A stretch of DNA of 64,000 nt from Auanema rhodensis. Lineage: Eukaryota > Animalia > Nematoda. How positions within the stretch are numbered: the stretch's first letter is position 1; every line of letters begins with the position of its first letter. The stretch covers positions 1,116,001 to 1,180,000 of the forward strand of contig OZ059897.1 of NCBI GenBank assembly GCA_964057225.1. The letters are read 5' to 3'. Below, piece after piece: positions 24,660 to 38,978 of the stretch. Under the pieces are notes generated by a model, which searched no databases, had not been told where the DNA came from, and was given only the letters and a program-made list of their open reading frames with translations. Both the position numbers and the translations under genes were made by a program.

Positions 24660-27600
24660 TCACCCTGAAGAATTAATTTTTTCGTTGAATAATATTGTCC
24701 ATCGTCTTCGCCTTGAAAAAAGGAATCTAAAAACTTCTACTCTTCGTTAAATTATCTTGAAATTTTTCGGGAAAATTTTTGTCAAAATGTTTTTGGAAGC
24801 AATGTTGAGTGTACATGGAAACTCAACATACACTAATGCATCATTTTTCAAACAATCATAAATAATTTTTGTATTGAGCGTTTCTCAATGTTATATAGTG
24901 CATTCGATGCGGATTTTTAAGCTGCGTCGATCTGTGTTATTAGATTTGAGTTAGCTTAAAAATGCACCGAGATATCAACTGATATAAGTTCACACTTATA
25001 TCCTCGATTTTCACCCTGAAGAATTAATTTTTTCGTTGAATAATAATGTCCATCGTCTTTGCCTTGAAAAAAGGAATCTAAAAACTTCTACTCTTCGTTA
25101 AATTATCTTGAAATTTTTCGGGAAAATTTTTGTCAAAATGTTTTTGGAAGCAATGTTGAGTGTACATGGAAACTCAACATACACTAATGCATCATTTTTC
25201 AAACAATCATAAATAATTTTTGTATTGAGCGTTTATCCATGTAGTATAGTGCATTCGATGCGGATTTTTAAGCTGCGTCGATCTGTGTTATCAGATTTGA
25301 GTTAGCTTAAAAATGCACCGAGATATCAACTGATATAAGTTCACACTTATATCCTCGATTTTCACCCTGAAGAATTAATTTTTTCGTTGAATAATAATGT
25401 CCATCGTCTTTGCCTTGAAAAAAGGAATCTAAAAACTTCTACTCTTCGTTAAATTATCTTGAAATTTTTCGGGAAAATTTTTGTCAAAATGTTTTTGGAA
25501 GCAATGTTGAGTATACATGGAAACTCAACATACACTAATGCATCATTTTTCAAACAATCATAAATAATTTTTGTATTGAGCGTTTCTCAATGTGGTATAG
25601 TGCATTCGAAACAAATGTTTAAGCTGCGTCGATCTGTGTTATCAGATTTGCGCTAGCTTAAAAATGCACCGAGATATCAACTGATATAAGTTCACACTTA
25701 TATCCTCGATTTTCACCCTGAAGAATTAATTTTTTCGTTGAATAATAATGTCCATCGTCTTCGCCTTGAAATATGGAATCTAAAAACTTCTACTCTTCGT
25801 TAAATTATCTTGAAATTTTTCGGGAAAATTTTTGTCAAAATGTTTTTGGAAGCAATGTTGAGTGTACATGGAAACTCAACATACACTAATGCATCATTTT
25901 TCAAACAATCATAAATAATTTTTGTATTGAGCGTTTCTCAATGTGGTATAGTGCATTCGAAACAAATGTTTAAGCTGCGTCGATCTGTGTTATCAGATTT
26001 GCGCTAGCTTAAAAATGCACCGAGATATCAACTGATATAAGTTCACACTTGTATCCTCGATTTTCACCCTGAAGAATTAATTTTTTCGTTGAATAATAAT
26101 GTCCATCGTCTTCGCCTTGAAAAAAGGAATCTAAAAACTTCTACTCTTCGTTAAATTATCTTGAAATTTTTCGGAAAAATTTTTGTCAAAATGTTTTTGG
26201 AAGCAATGTTGAGTGTACATGGAAACTCAACATACAATAATGCATCATTTTTCAAACAATCATAAATAATTTTTGTATTGAGCGTTATTCAATGTAGTAT
26301 AGTGCATTCGATGCGGATTTTTAAGCTGCTTCGATCTGTGTTATCAGATTTGCGCTAGCTTAGAAATGCACCGAGATATCAACTGATATAAGTTCACACT
26401 TATATCCTCGATTTTCACCCTGAAGAATTAATTTTTTCGTTGAATAATAATGTCCATCGTCTTTGCCTTGAAAAAAGGAATCTAAAAACTTCTACTCTTC
26501 GTTAAATTATCTTGAAATTTTTCGGGAAAATTTTTGTCAAAATGTTTTTGGAAGCAATGTTGAGTATACATGGAAACTCAACATACACTAATGCATCATT
26601 TTTCAAACAATCATAAATAATTTTTGTATTGAGCGTTTCTCAATGTGGTATAGTGCATTCGAAACAAATGTTTAAGCTGCGTCGATCTGTGTTATCAGAT
26701 TTGCGCTAGCTTAAAAATGCACCGAGATATCAACTGATATAAGTTCACACTTATATCCTCGATTTTCACCCTGAAGAATTAATTTTTTCGTTGAATAATA
26801 ATGTCCATCGTCTTCGCCTTGAAATATGGAATCTAAAAACTTCTACTCTTCGTTAAATTATCTTGAAATTTTTCGGGAAAATTTTTGTCAAAATGTTTTT
26901 GGAAGCAATGTTGAGTGTACATGGAAACTCAACATACACTAATGCATCATTTTTCAAACAATCATAAATAATTTTTGTATTGAGCGTTTCTCAATGTGGT
27001 ATAGTGCATTCGAAACAAATGTTTAAGCTGCGTCGATCTGTGTTATCAGATTTGCGCTAGCTTAAAAATGCACCGAGATATCAACTGATATAAGTTCACA
27101 CTTATATCCTCGATTTTCACCCTGAAGAATTAATTTTTTCGTTGAATAATAATGTCCATCGTCTTCGCCTTGAAATATGGAATCTAAAAACTTCTACTCT
27201 TCGTTAAATTATCTTGAAATTTTTCGGGAAAATTTTTGTCAAAATGTTTTTGGAAGCAATGTTGAGTGTACATGGAAACTCAACATACACTAATGCATCA
27301 TTTTTCAAACAATCATAAATAATTTTTGTATTGAGCGTTTCTCAATGTGGTATAGTGCATTCGAAACAAATGTTTAAGCTGCGTCGATCTGTGTTTTCAG
27401 ATTTGCGCTAGCTTAAAAATGCACCGAGATATCAACTGATATAAGTTCACACTTATATCCTCGATTTTCACCCTAAAGAATTAATTTTTTCGTTGAATAA
27501 CATTGTCCATCGTTTTCGCCTTGAAAAAAGGAATTTAAAAACATCTACTCTTCGTTAAATTATCTTGAAATTTTTCGGGAAAATTTTTGTCAAAATGTTT

Positions 27601-30600
27601 TTGGAAGCAATGTTGAGTGTACATGGAAACTCAACATACACTAATGCATCATTTTTCAAACAATCATAAATAATTTTTGTATTGAGCGTTTCTCAATGTG
27701 GTATAGTGCATTCGAAACAAATGTTTAAGCTGCGTCGATCTGTGTTATCAGATTTGCGCTAGCTTAAAAATGCACCGAGATATCAACTGATATAAGTTCA
27801 CACTTGTATCCTCGATTTTCACCCTGAAGAATTAATTTTTTCGTTGAATAATAATGTCCATCGTCTTAGCCTTGAAAAAAGGAATCTAAAAACTTCTACT
27901 CTTCGTTAAATTAGCTTGAAATTTTTCGGAAAAATTTTTGTCAAAATGTTTTTGGAAGCAATGTTGAGTGTACATGGAAACTCAACATACAATAATGCAT
28001 CATTTTTCAAACAATCATAAATAATTTTTGTATTGAGCGTTATTCAATGTAGTATAGTGCATTCGATGCGGATTTTTAAGCTGCTTCGATCTGTGTTATC
28101 AGATTTGCGCTAGCTTAGAAATGCACCGAGATATCAACTGATATAAGTTCACACTTATATCCTCGATTTTCACCCTGAAGAATTAATTTTTTCGTTGAAT
28201 AATAATGTCCATCGTCTTTGCCTTGAAAAAAGGAATCTAAAAACTTCTACTCTTCGTTAAATTATCTTGAAATTTTTCGGAAAAATTTTTGTCAAAATGT
28301 TTTTGGAAGCAATGTTGAGTGTACATGGAAACTCAACATACAATAATGCATCATTTTTCAAACAATCATAAATAATTTTTGTATTGAGCGTTATTCAATG
28401 TAGTATAGTGCATTCGATGCGGATTTTTAAGCTGCTTCGATCTGTGTTATCAGATTTGCGCTAGCTTAGAAATGCACCGAGATATCAACTGATATAAGTT
28501 CACACTTATATCCTCGATTTTCACCCTGAAGAATTAATTTTTTCGTTGAATAATAATGTCCATCGTCTTTGCCTTGAAAAAAGGAATCTAAAAACTTCTA
28601 CTCTTCGTTAAATTATCTTGAAATTTTTCGGGAAAATTTTTGTCAAAATGTTTTTGGAAGCAATGTTGAGTATACATGGAAACTCAACATACACTAATGC
28701 ATCATTTTTCAAACAATCATAAATAATTTTTGTATTGAGCGTTTCTCAATGTGGTATAGTGCATTCGAAACAAATGTTTAAGCTGCGTCGATCTGTGTTA
28801 TCAGATTTGCGCTAGCTTAAAAATGCACCGAGATATCAACTGATATAAGTTCACACTTATATCCTCGATTTTCACCCTGAAGAATTAATTTTTTCGTTGA
28901 ATAATAATGTCCATCGTCTTCGCCTTGAAATATGGAATCTAAAAACTTCTACTCTTCGTTAAATTATCTTGAAATTTTTCGGGAAAATTTTTGTCAAAAT
29001 GTTTTTGGAAGCAATGTTGAGTGTACATGGAAACTCAACATACACTAATGCATCATTTTTCAAACAATCATAAATAATTTTTGTATTGAGCGTTTCTCAA
29101 TGTGGTATAGTGCATTCGAAACAAATGTTTAAGCTGCGTCGATCTGTGTTATCAGATTTGCGCTAGCTTAAAAATGCACCGAGATATCAACTGATATAAG
29201 TTCACACTTATATCCTCGATTTTCACCCTGAAGAATTAATTTTTTCGTTGAATAATAATGTCCATCGTCTTCGCCTTGAAATATGGAATCTAAAAACTTC
29301 TACTCTTCGTTAAATTATCTTGAAATTTTTCGGGAAAATTTTTGTCAAAATGTTTTTGGAAGCAATGTTGAGTGTACATGGAAACTCAACATACACTAAT
29401 GCATCATTTTTCAAACAATCATAAATAATTTTTGTATTGAGCGTTTCTCAATGTGGTATAGTGCATTCGAAACAAATGTTTAAGCTGCGTCGATCTGTGT
29501 TTTCAGATTTGCGCTAGCTTAAAAATGCACCGAGATATCAACTGATATAAGTTCACACTTATATCCTCGATTTTCACCCTAAAGAATTAATTTTTTCGTT
29601 GAATAACATTGTCCATCGTTTTCGCCTTGAAAAAAGGAATTTAAAAACATCTACTCTTCGTTAAATTATCTTGAAATTTTTCGGGAAAATTTTTGTCAAA
29701 ATGTTTTTGGAAGCAATGTTGAGTGTACATGGAAACTCAACATACACTAATGCATCATTTTTCAAACAATCATAAATAATTTTTGTATTGAGCGTTTCTC
29801 AATGTGGTATAGTGCATTCGAAACAAATGTTTAAGCTGCGTCGATCTGTGTTATCAGATTTGCGCTAGCTTAAAAATGCACCGAGATATCAACTGATATA
29901 AGTTCACACTTGTATCCTCGATTTTCACCCTGAAGAATTAATTTTTTCGTTGAATAATAATGTCCATCATCTTAGCCTTGAAAAAAGGAATCTAAAAACT
30001 TCTACTCTTCGTTAAATTAGCTTGAAATTTTTCGGAAAAATTTTTGTCAAAATGTTTTTGGAAGCAATGTTGAGTGTACATGGAAACTCAACATACAATA
30101 ATGCATCATTTTTCAAACAATCATAAATAATTTTTGTATTGAGCGTTATTCAATGTAGTATAGTGCATTCGATGCGGATTTTTAAGCTGCTTCGATCTGT
30201 GTTATCAGATTTGCGCTAGCTTAGAAATGCACCGAGATATCAACTGATATAAGTTCACACTTATATCCTCGATTTTCACCCTGAAGAATTAATTTTTTCG
30301 TTGAATAATAATGTCCATCGTCTTTGCCTTGAAAAAAGGAATCTAAAAACTTCTACTCTTCGTTAAATTATCTTGAAATTTTTCGGGAAAATTTTTGTCA
30401 AAATGTTTTTGGAAGCAATGTTGAGTATACATGGAAACTCAACATACACTAATGCATCATTTTTCAAACAATCATAAATAATTTTTGTATTGAGCGTTTC
30501 TCAATGTGGTATAGTGCATTCGAAACAAATGTTTAAGCTGCGTCGATCTGTGTTATCAGATTTGCGCTAGCTTAAAAATGCACCGAGATATCAACTGATA

Positions 30601-32030
30601 TAAGTTCACACTTATATCCTCGATTTTCACCCTGAAGAATTAATTTTTTCGTTGAATAATAATGTCCATCGTCTTCGCCTTGAAATATGGAATCTAAAAA
30701 CTTCTACTCTTCGTTAAATTATCTTGAAATTTTTCGGGAAAATTTTTGTCAAAATGTTTTTGGAAGCAATGTTGAGTGTACATGGAAACTCAACATACAC
30801 TAATGCATCATTTTTCAAACAATCATAAATAATTTTTGTATTGAGCGTTTCTCGATGTGGTATAGTGCATTCGAAACAAATGTTTAAGCTGCGTCGATCT
30901 GTGTTATCAGATTTGCGCTAGCTTAAAAATGCACCGAGATATCAACTGATATAAGTTCACACTTATATCCTCGATTTTCACCCTAAAGAATTAATTTTTT
31001 CGTTGAATAACATTGTCCATCGTTTTCGCCTTGAAAAAAGGAATTTAAAAACATCTACTCTTCGTTAAATTATCTTGAAATTTTTCGGGAAAATTTTTGT
31101 CAAAATGTTTTTGGAAGCAATGTTGAGTGAACATGGAAACTCAACATACACTAATGCATCATTTTTCAAACAATCATAAATAATTTTTGTATTGAGCGTT
31201 TCTCAATGTGGTATAGTGCATTCGAAACAAATGTTTAAGCTGCGTCGATCTGTGTTATCAGATTTGCGCTAGCTTAAAAATGCACCGAGATATCAACTGA
31301 TATAAGTTCACACTTGTATCCTCGATTTTCACCCTGAAGAATTAATTTTTTCGTTGAATAATAATGTCCATCGTCTTCGCCTTGAAAAAAGGAATCTAAA
31401 AACTTCTACTCTTCGTTAAATTATCTTGAAATTTTTCGGAAAAATTTTTGTCAAAATGTTTTTGGAAGCAATGTTGAGTGTACATGGAAACTCAACATAC
31501 AATAATGCATCATTTTTCAAACAATCATAAATAATTTTTGTATTGAGCGTTATTCAATGTAGTATAATGCATTCGATGCGGATTTTTAAGCTGCTTCGAT
31601 CTGTGTTATCAGATTTGCGCTAGCTTAGAAATGCACCGAGATATCAACTGATATAAGTTCACACTTATATCCTCGATTTTCACCCTGAAGAATTAATTTT
31701 TTCGTTGAATAACATTGTCCATCGTCTTCGCCTTGAAAAAAGGAATCTAAAAACTTCTACTCTTCGTTAAATTATCTTGAAATTTTTCGGGAAAATTTTT
31801 GTCAAAATGTTTTTGGAAGCAATGTTGAGTGTACATGGAAACTCAACATACACTAATGCATCATTTTTCAAACGATCATAACTAATTTTTGTATTGAGCG
31901 TTTCTTAAAGTATTATAGTGCATTCGATGCGGATTTTTAAGCTGCGTCGATCTGTCTTATCCGATTTGCGCTAGCTTAAAAATGCACCGAGATATCAACT
32001 GATATAAGTTCACACTTATATCCTCGATTT
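24600..32030. repeat. Subfamily domain B (21 monomers)
   Basis: All monomers carry TACTCTTCGTTAAATT, which puts a TAA in the minus-strand ORF and explains the ORF-track gap 24500-32031. AATAATGTCC, GAAATATGG and CCCTAAAG are frequent. Confidence 0.9.
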
Positions 32031-34136
32031 TCACCATGAAGAATTAATTTTTTCGTTGAATAACATTGTCCATCGTCTTTGCCTTGAAAAAAGGAATCCA
32101 AACACATATAATTTTCCTGAAATTATTTTGAAATTTTTCGGGAAAATTTTTGTCAAAATGTTTTTGGAAGCAATGTTGAGTGTACATGGAAACTCAACAT
32201 ACACTAATGCATCATTTTTCAAACGATCATAACTAATTTTTGTATTGAGCGTTTCTTAAAGTATTATAGTGCATTCGATGCGGATTTTTAAGCTGCGTCG
32301 ATCTGTCTTATCCGATTTGCGCTAGCTTAAAAATGCACCGAGATATCAACTGATATAAGTTCACACTTATATCCTCGATTTTCACCCTGAAGAATTAATT
32401 TTTTCGTTGAATAACATTGTCCATCGTCTTTGCCTTGAAAAAAGAAATCTAAAAACATCTACTTTTCGTAAAATTATCTTGAAATTTTTCAGGAAAATTT
32501 TTGTCAAAATGTTTTTGGAAGCAATGTTGAGTGTACATGGAAACTCAACATACACTAATGCATCATTTTTCAAACAATCATAAATAATTTTTGTATTGAG
32601 CGTTTCTCAATGTAGTATAGTGCATTCGAAACGGATTTTTAAGCTGCGTCGATCTGTGTTATCAGATTTGCGCTAGCTTAAAAATGCACCGAGATATCAA
32701 CTGATATAAGTTCACACTTATATCCTCGATTTTCACCCTGAAGAATTAATTTTTTCGTTGAATAACATTGTCCATCGTTTTCGCCTCGAAAAAAGGAATC
32801 TAAAAACATCTACTCTTCGTTAAATTATCTTGAAATTTTTCGGGAAAATTTTTGTCAAAATGTTTTTGAAAGCAATGTTGAGTGTACATGGAAACTCAAC
32901 ATACACTAATGCATCATTTTTCAAACAATCATAAATAATTTTTGTATTGAGCGTTATTCAATGTAGTATAGTGCATTCGATGCGGATTTTTAAGCTGCTT
33001 CGATCTGTGTTATCAGATTTGCGCTAGCTTAGAAATGCACCGAGATATCAACTGATATAAGTTCACACTTATATCCTCGATTTTCACCCTGAAGAATTAA
33101 TTTTTTCGTTGAATAACATTGTCCATCGTCTTCGCCTTGAAAAAAGGAATCTAAAAACTTCTACTCTTCGTTAAATTATCTTGAAATTTTTCGGAAAAAG
33201 TTTTGTCAAAATGTTTTTGGAAGCAATGTTGAGTGTACATGGAAACTCAACATACAATAATGCATCATTTTTCAAACAATCATAAATAATTTTTGTATTG
33301 AGCGTTATTCAATGTAGTATAGTGCATTCGATGCGGATTTTTAAGCTGCTTCGATCTGTGTTATCAGATTTGCGCTAGCTTAGAAATGCACCGAGATATC
33401 AACTGATATAAGTTCACACTTATATCCTCGATTTTCACCATGAAGAATTAATTTTTTCGTTGAATAACATTGTCCATCGTCTTTGCCTTGAAAAAAGGAA
33501 TCTAAAAACTTCTACTCTTCGTGAAATTATTTTGAAATTTTTCGGGAAAATTTTTGTCAAAATGTTTTTGGAAGCAATGTTGAGTGTACATGGAAACTCA
33601 ACATACACTAATGCATCATTTTTCAAACGATCATAACTAATTTTTGTATTGAGCGTTTCTTAAAGTATTATAGTGCATTCGATGCGGATTTTTAAGCTGC
33701 GTCGATCTGTCTTATCCGATTTGCGCTAGCTTAAAAATGCACCGAGATATCAACTGATATAAGTTCACACTTATATCCTCGATTTTCACCCTGAAGAATT
33801 AATTTTTTCGTTGAATAACATTGTCCATCGTCTTTGCCTTGAAAAAAGAAATCTAAAAACATCTACTTTTCGTAAAATTATCTTGAAATTTTTCAGGAAA
33901 ATTTTTGTCAAAATGTTTTTGGAAGCAATGTTGAGTGTACATGGAAACTCAACATACACTAATGCATCATTTTTCAAACAATCATAAATAATTTTTGTAT
34001 TGAGCGTTTCTCAATGTAGTATAGTGCATTCGAAACGGATTTTTAAGCTGCGTCGATCTGTGTTATCAGATTTGCGCTAGCTTAAAAATGCACCGAGATA
34101 TCAACTGATATAAGTTCACACTTATATCCTCGATTT

Positions 34137-37100
34137 TCACCCTGAAGAATTAATTTTTTCGTTGAATAACATTGTCCATCGTTTTCGCCTCGAAAAAAGA
34201 AATCTAAAAACTTCTACTCTTCGTTAAATTATCTTGAAATTTTTCGGGAAAATTTTTGTCAAAATGTTTTTGAAAGCAATGTTGAGTGTACATGGAAACT
34301 CAACATACACTAATGCATCATTTTTCAAACAATCATAAATAATTTTTGTATTGAGCGTTTCTTAATGTATCATAGTGCATTCGATGCGGATTCTTAAGCT
34401 GCTTCGATCTGTGTTATCAGATTTGCGCTAGCTTAAAAATGCACCAAGATATCAACTGATATAAGTTCACACTTATATCCTCGATTTTCACCCTGAAGAA
34501 TTAATTTTTTCGTTGAATAACATTGTCCATCGTCTTTGCCTTGAAAAAAGGAATCCAAACACATCTACTTTTCGTGAAATTATTTTGAAATTTTTCGGGA
34601 AAATTTTTGTCAAAATGTTTTTGGAAGCAATGTTGAGTGTACATGGAAACTCAACATACACTAATGCATCATTTTTCAAACAATCATAAATAATTTTTGT
34701 ATTGAGCGTTTCTCAATGTAGTATAGTGCATTCGATGCGGATTTTTAAGCTGCGTCGATCTGTCTTATCCGATTTGCGCTAGCTTAAAAATGCACCGAGA
34801 TATCAACTGATATAAGTTCACACTTATATCCTCGATTTTCACCCTGAAGAATTAATTTTTTCGTTAAATAACATTGTCCATCGTCTTCGCCTTGAAAAAA
34901 GAAATCTAAAAACATCTACTTTTCGTAAAATTATCTTGAAATTTTTCAGGAAAATTTTTGTCAAAATGTTTTTGGAAGCAATGTTAAGTGTACATGGAAA
35001 CTCAACATACACTAATGCATCATTTTTCAAACGATCATAACTTATTTTTGTATTGAGCGTTTCTTAATGTATTATAGTGCATTCGATGCGGATTTTTAAA
35101 CTGCGTCGATCTGTCTTATCCGATTTGCGCTAGCTTAAAAATGCACCAAGATATCAACTGATATAAGTTCACACTTATATCCTCGATTTTCACCCTGAAG
35201 AATTAATTTTTTCGTTGATTAACATTGTCCATCGTTTTTGCCTTGAAAAAGAAATCTAAAAACATCTACTTTTCGTAAAATTATCTTGAATTTTTTCAGG
35301 AAAATTTTTGTCAAAATGTTTTTGGAAGCAATGTTAAGTGTACATGGAAACTCAACATACACTAATGCATCATTTTTCAAACGATCATAACTTATTTTTG
35401 TATTGAGCGTTTCTTAATGTATTATAGTGCATTCGATGCGGATTTTTAAGCTGCGTCGATCTGTCTTATCAGATTTGCGCTAGCTTAAAAATGCACCAAG
35501 ATATCAACTGATATAAGTTCACACTTATATCCTCGATTTTCACCCTGAAGAATTAATTTTTTCGTTGATTAACATTGTCCATCGTCTTTGCCTTGAAAAA
35601 AGGAATCTAAAAACATCTACTTTTTGTCAAAATGTTTTTGAAAGCAATGTTGAGTGTACATGGAAACTCAACATACACTAATGCAACATTTTTCAAACGA
35701 TCATAACTAATTTTTGTATTGAGCGTTTCTTAATGTATTATAGTGCATTCGATGCGGATTTTTAAGCTGCTTCGATCTGTGTTATCAGATTTGCGCTAGC
35801 TTAAAAATGCACCGAGATATCAACTGATATAAGTTCACACTTATATCCTCGATTTTCACCCTGAAGAATTAATTTTTTCGTTGAATAACATTGTCCATCG
35901 TCTTCGCCTTGAAAAAAGAAATCTAAAAACATCTACTTTTGGTAAAATTATTTTGAAATTTTTCAGCAAAATTTTTGTCAAAATGTTTTTGGAATCAATG
36001 TTGAGTGTACATGGAAACTCAACATACACTAATGCAACATTTTTCAAACGATCATAACTAATTTTTGTATTGAGCGTTTCTTAATGTATTATAGTGCATT
36101 CGATGCGGATTTTTAAGCTGCTTCGATCTGTGTTATCAGATTTGCGCTAGCTTAAAAATGCACCGAGATATCAACTGATATAAGTTCACACTTATATCCT
36201 CGATTTTCACCCTGATGAATTAATTTTTTCGTTGAATAACATTGTCCATCGTCTTCGCCTTGAAAAAAGAAATCTAAAAACATCTACTTTTTGTAAAATT
36301 ATCTTGAAATTTTTCGGGAAAATTTTTGTCAAAATGTTTTTGGAAGCAATGTTGAGTGTACATGGAAACTCAACATACACTAATGCATCATTTTTCAAAC
36401 AATCATAAATAATTTTTGTATTGAGCGTTTCTCAATGTAGTATAGTGCATTCGAAACGGATTTTTAAGCTGCGTCGATCTGTGTTATCAGATTTGCGCTA
36501 GCTTAAAAATGCACCGAGATATCAACTGATATAAGTTCACACTTATATCCTCGATTTTCACCCTGAAGAATTAATTTTTTCGTTGAATAACATTGTCCAT
36601 CGTTTTCGCCTCGAAAAAAGGAATCTAAAAACATCTACTCTTCGTTAAATTATCTTGAAATTTTTCGGGAAAATTTTTGTCAAAATGTTTTTGAAAGCAA
36701 TGTTGAGTGTACATGGAAACTCAACATACACTAATGCATCATTTTTCAAACAATCATAAATAATTTTTGTATTGAGCGTTTCTTAATGTATCATAGTGCA
36801 TTCGATGCGGATTCTTAAGCTGCTTCGATCTGTGTTATCAGATTTGCGCTAGCTTAAAAATGCACCAAGATATCAACTGATATAAGTTCACACTTATATC
36901 CTCGATTTTCACCCTGAAGAATTAATTTTTTCGTTGAATAACATTGTCCATCGTCTTTGCCTTGAAAAAAGGAATCCAAACACATCTACTTTTCGTGAAA
37001 TTATTTTGAAATTTTTCGGGAAAATTTTTGTCAAAATGTTTTTGGAAGCAATGTTGAGTGTACATGGAAACTCAACATACACTAATGCATCATTTTTCAA

Positions 37101-38978
37101 ACAATCATAAATAATTTTTGTATTGAGCGTTTCTCAATGTAGTATAGTGCATTCGATGCGGATTTTTAAGCTGCGTCGATCTGTCTTATCCGATTTGCGC
37201 TAGCTTAAAAATGCACCGAGATATCAACTGATATAAGTTCACACTTATATCCTCGATTTTCACCCTGAAGAATTAATTTTTTCGTTAAATAACATTGTCC
37301 ATCGTCTTCGCCTTGAAAAAAGAAATCTAAAAACATCTACTTTTCGTAAAATTATCTTGAAATTTTTCAGGAAAATTTTTGTCAAAATGTTTTTGGAAGC
37401 AATGTTAAGTGTACATGGAAACTCAACATACACTAATGCATCATTTTTCAAACGATCATAACTTATTTTTGTATTGAGCGTTTCTTAATGTATTATAGTG
37501 CATTCGATGCGGATTTTTAAACTGCGTCGATCTGTCTTATCCGATTTGCGCTAGCTTAAAAATGCACCAAGATATCAACTGATATAAGTTCACACTTATA
37601 TCCTCGATTTTCACCCTGAAGAATTAATTTTTTCGTTGATTAACATTGTCCATCGTTTTTGCCTTGAAAAAGAAATCTAAAAACATCTACTTTTCGTAAA
37701 ATTATCTTGAATTTTTTCAGGAAAATTTTTGTCAAAATGTTTTTGGAAGCAATGTTAAGTGTACATGGAAACTCAACATACACTAATGCATCATTTTTCA
37801 AACGATCATAACTTATTTTTGTATTGAGCGTTTCTTAATGTATTATAGTGCATTCGATGCGGATTTTTAAGCTGCGTCGATCTGTCTTATCAGATTTGCG
37901 CTAGCTTAAAAATGCACCAAGATATCAACTGATATAAGTTCACACTTATATCCTCGATTTTCACCCTGAAGAATTAATTTTTTCGTTGATTAACATTGTC
38001 CATCGTCTTTGCCTTGAAAAAAGGAATCTAAAAACATCTACTTTTTGTCAAAATGTTTTTGAAAGCAATGTTGAGTGTACATGGAAACTCAACATACACT
38101 AATGCAACATTTTTCAAACGATCATAACTAATTTTTGTATTGAGCGTTTCTTAATGTATTATAGTGCATTCGATGCGGATTTTTAAGCTGCTTCGATCTG
38201 TGTTATCAGATTTGCGCTAGCTTAAAAATGCACCGAGATATCAACTGATATAAGTTCACACTTATATCCTCGATTTTCACCCTGAAGAATTAATTTTTTC
38301 GTTGAATAACGTTGTCCATCGTCTTCGCCTTGAAAAAAGAAATCTAAAAACATCTACTTTTGGTAAAATTATTTTGAAGTTTTTCAGCAAAATTTTTGTC
38401 AAAATGTTTTTGGAATCAATGTTGAGTGTACATGGAAACTCAACATACACTAATGCAACATTTTTCAAACGATCATAACTAATTTTTGTATTGAGCGTTT
38501 CTTAATGTATTATAGTGCATTCGATGCGGATTTTTAAGCTGCTTCGATCTGTGTTATCAGATTTGCGCTAGCTTAAAAATGCACCGAGATATCAACTGAT
38601 ATAAGTTCACACTTATATCCTCGATTTTCACCCTGATGAATTAATTTTTTCGTTGAATAACATTGTCCATCGTCTTCGCCTTGAAAAAAGAAATCTAAAA
38701 ACATCTACTTTTGGTAAAATTATTTTGAAATTTTTCAGGAAAATTTTTGTCAAAATGTTTTTGGAAGCAATGTTGAGTGTACATGGAAACTCAACATACA
38801 CTAATGCATCATTTTTCAAACAATCATAAATAATTTTTGTATTGAGCGTTTCTCAATGTAGTATAGTGCATTCGATGCGGATTTTTAAGCTGCTTCGATC
38901 TGTGTTATCAGATTTGCGCTAGCTTAAAAATGCACCGAGATATCAACTGATATAAGTTCACACTTATATCCTCGATTT
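34137..38978. repeat. 7-mer tandem duplication (2,421 bp = 7x351-36); paralog at ~50562-55403
   Basis: 34488 matches 36909, 34839 matches 37260, deletion junction 35621 matches 38042, and 35856 matches 38277. Confidence 0.9.
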
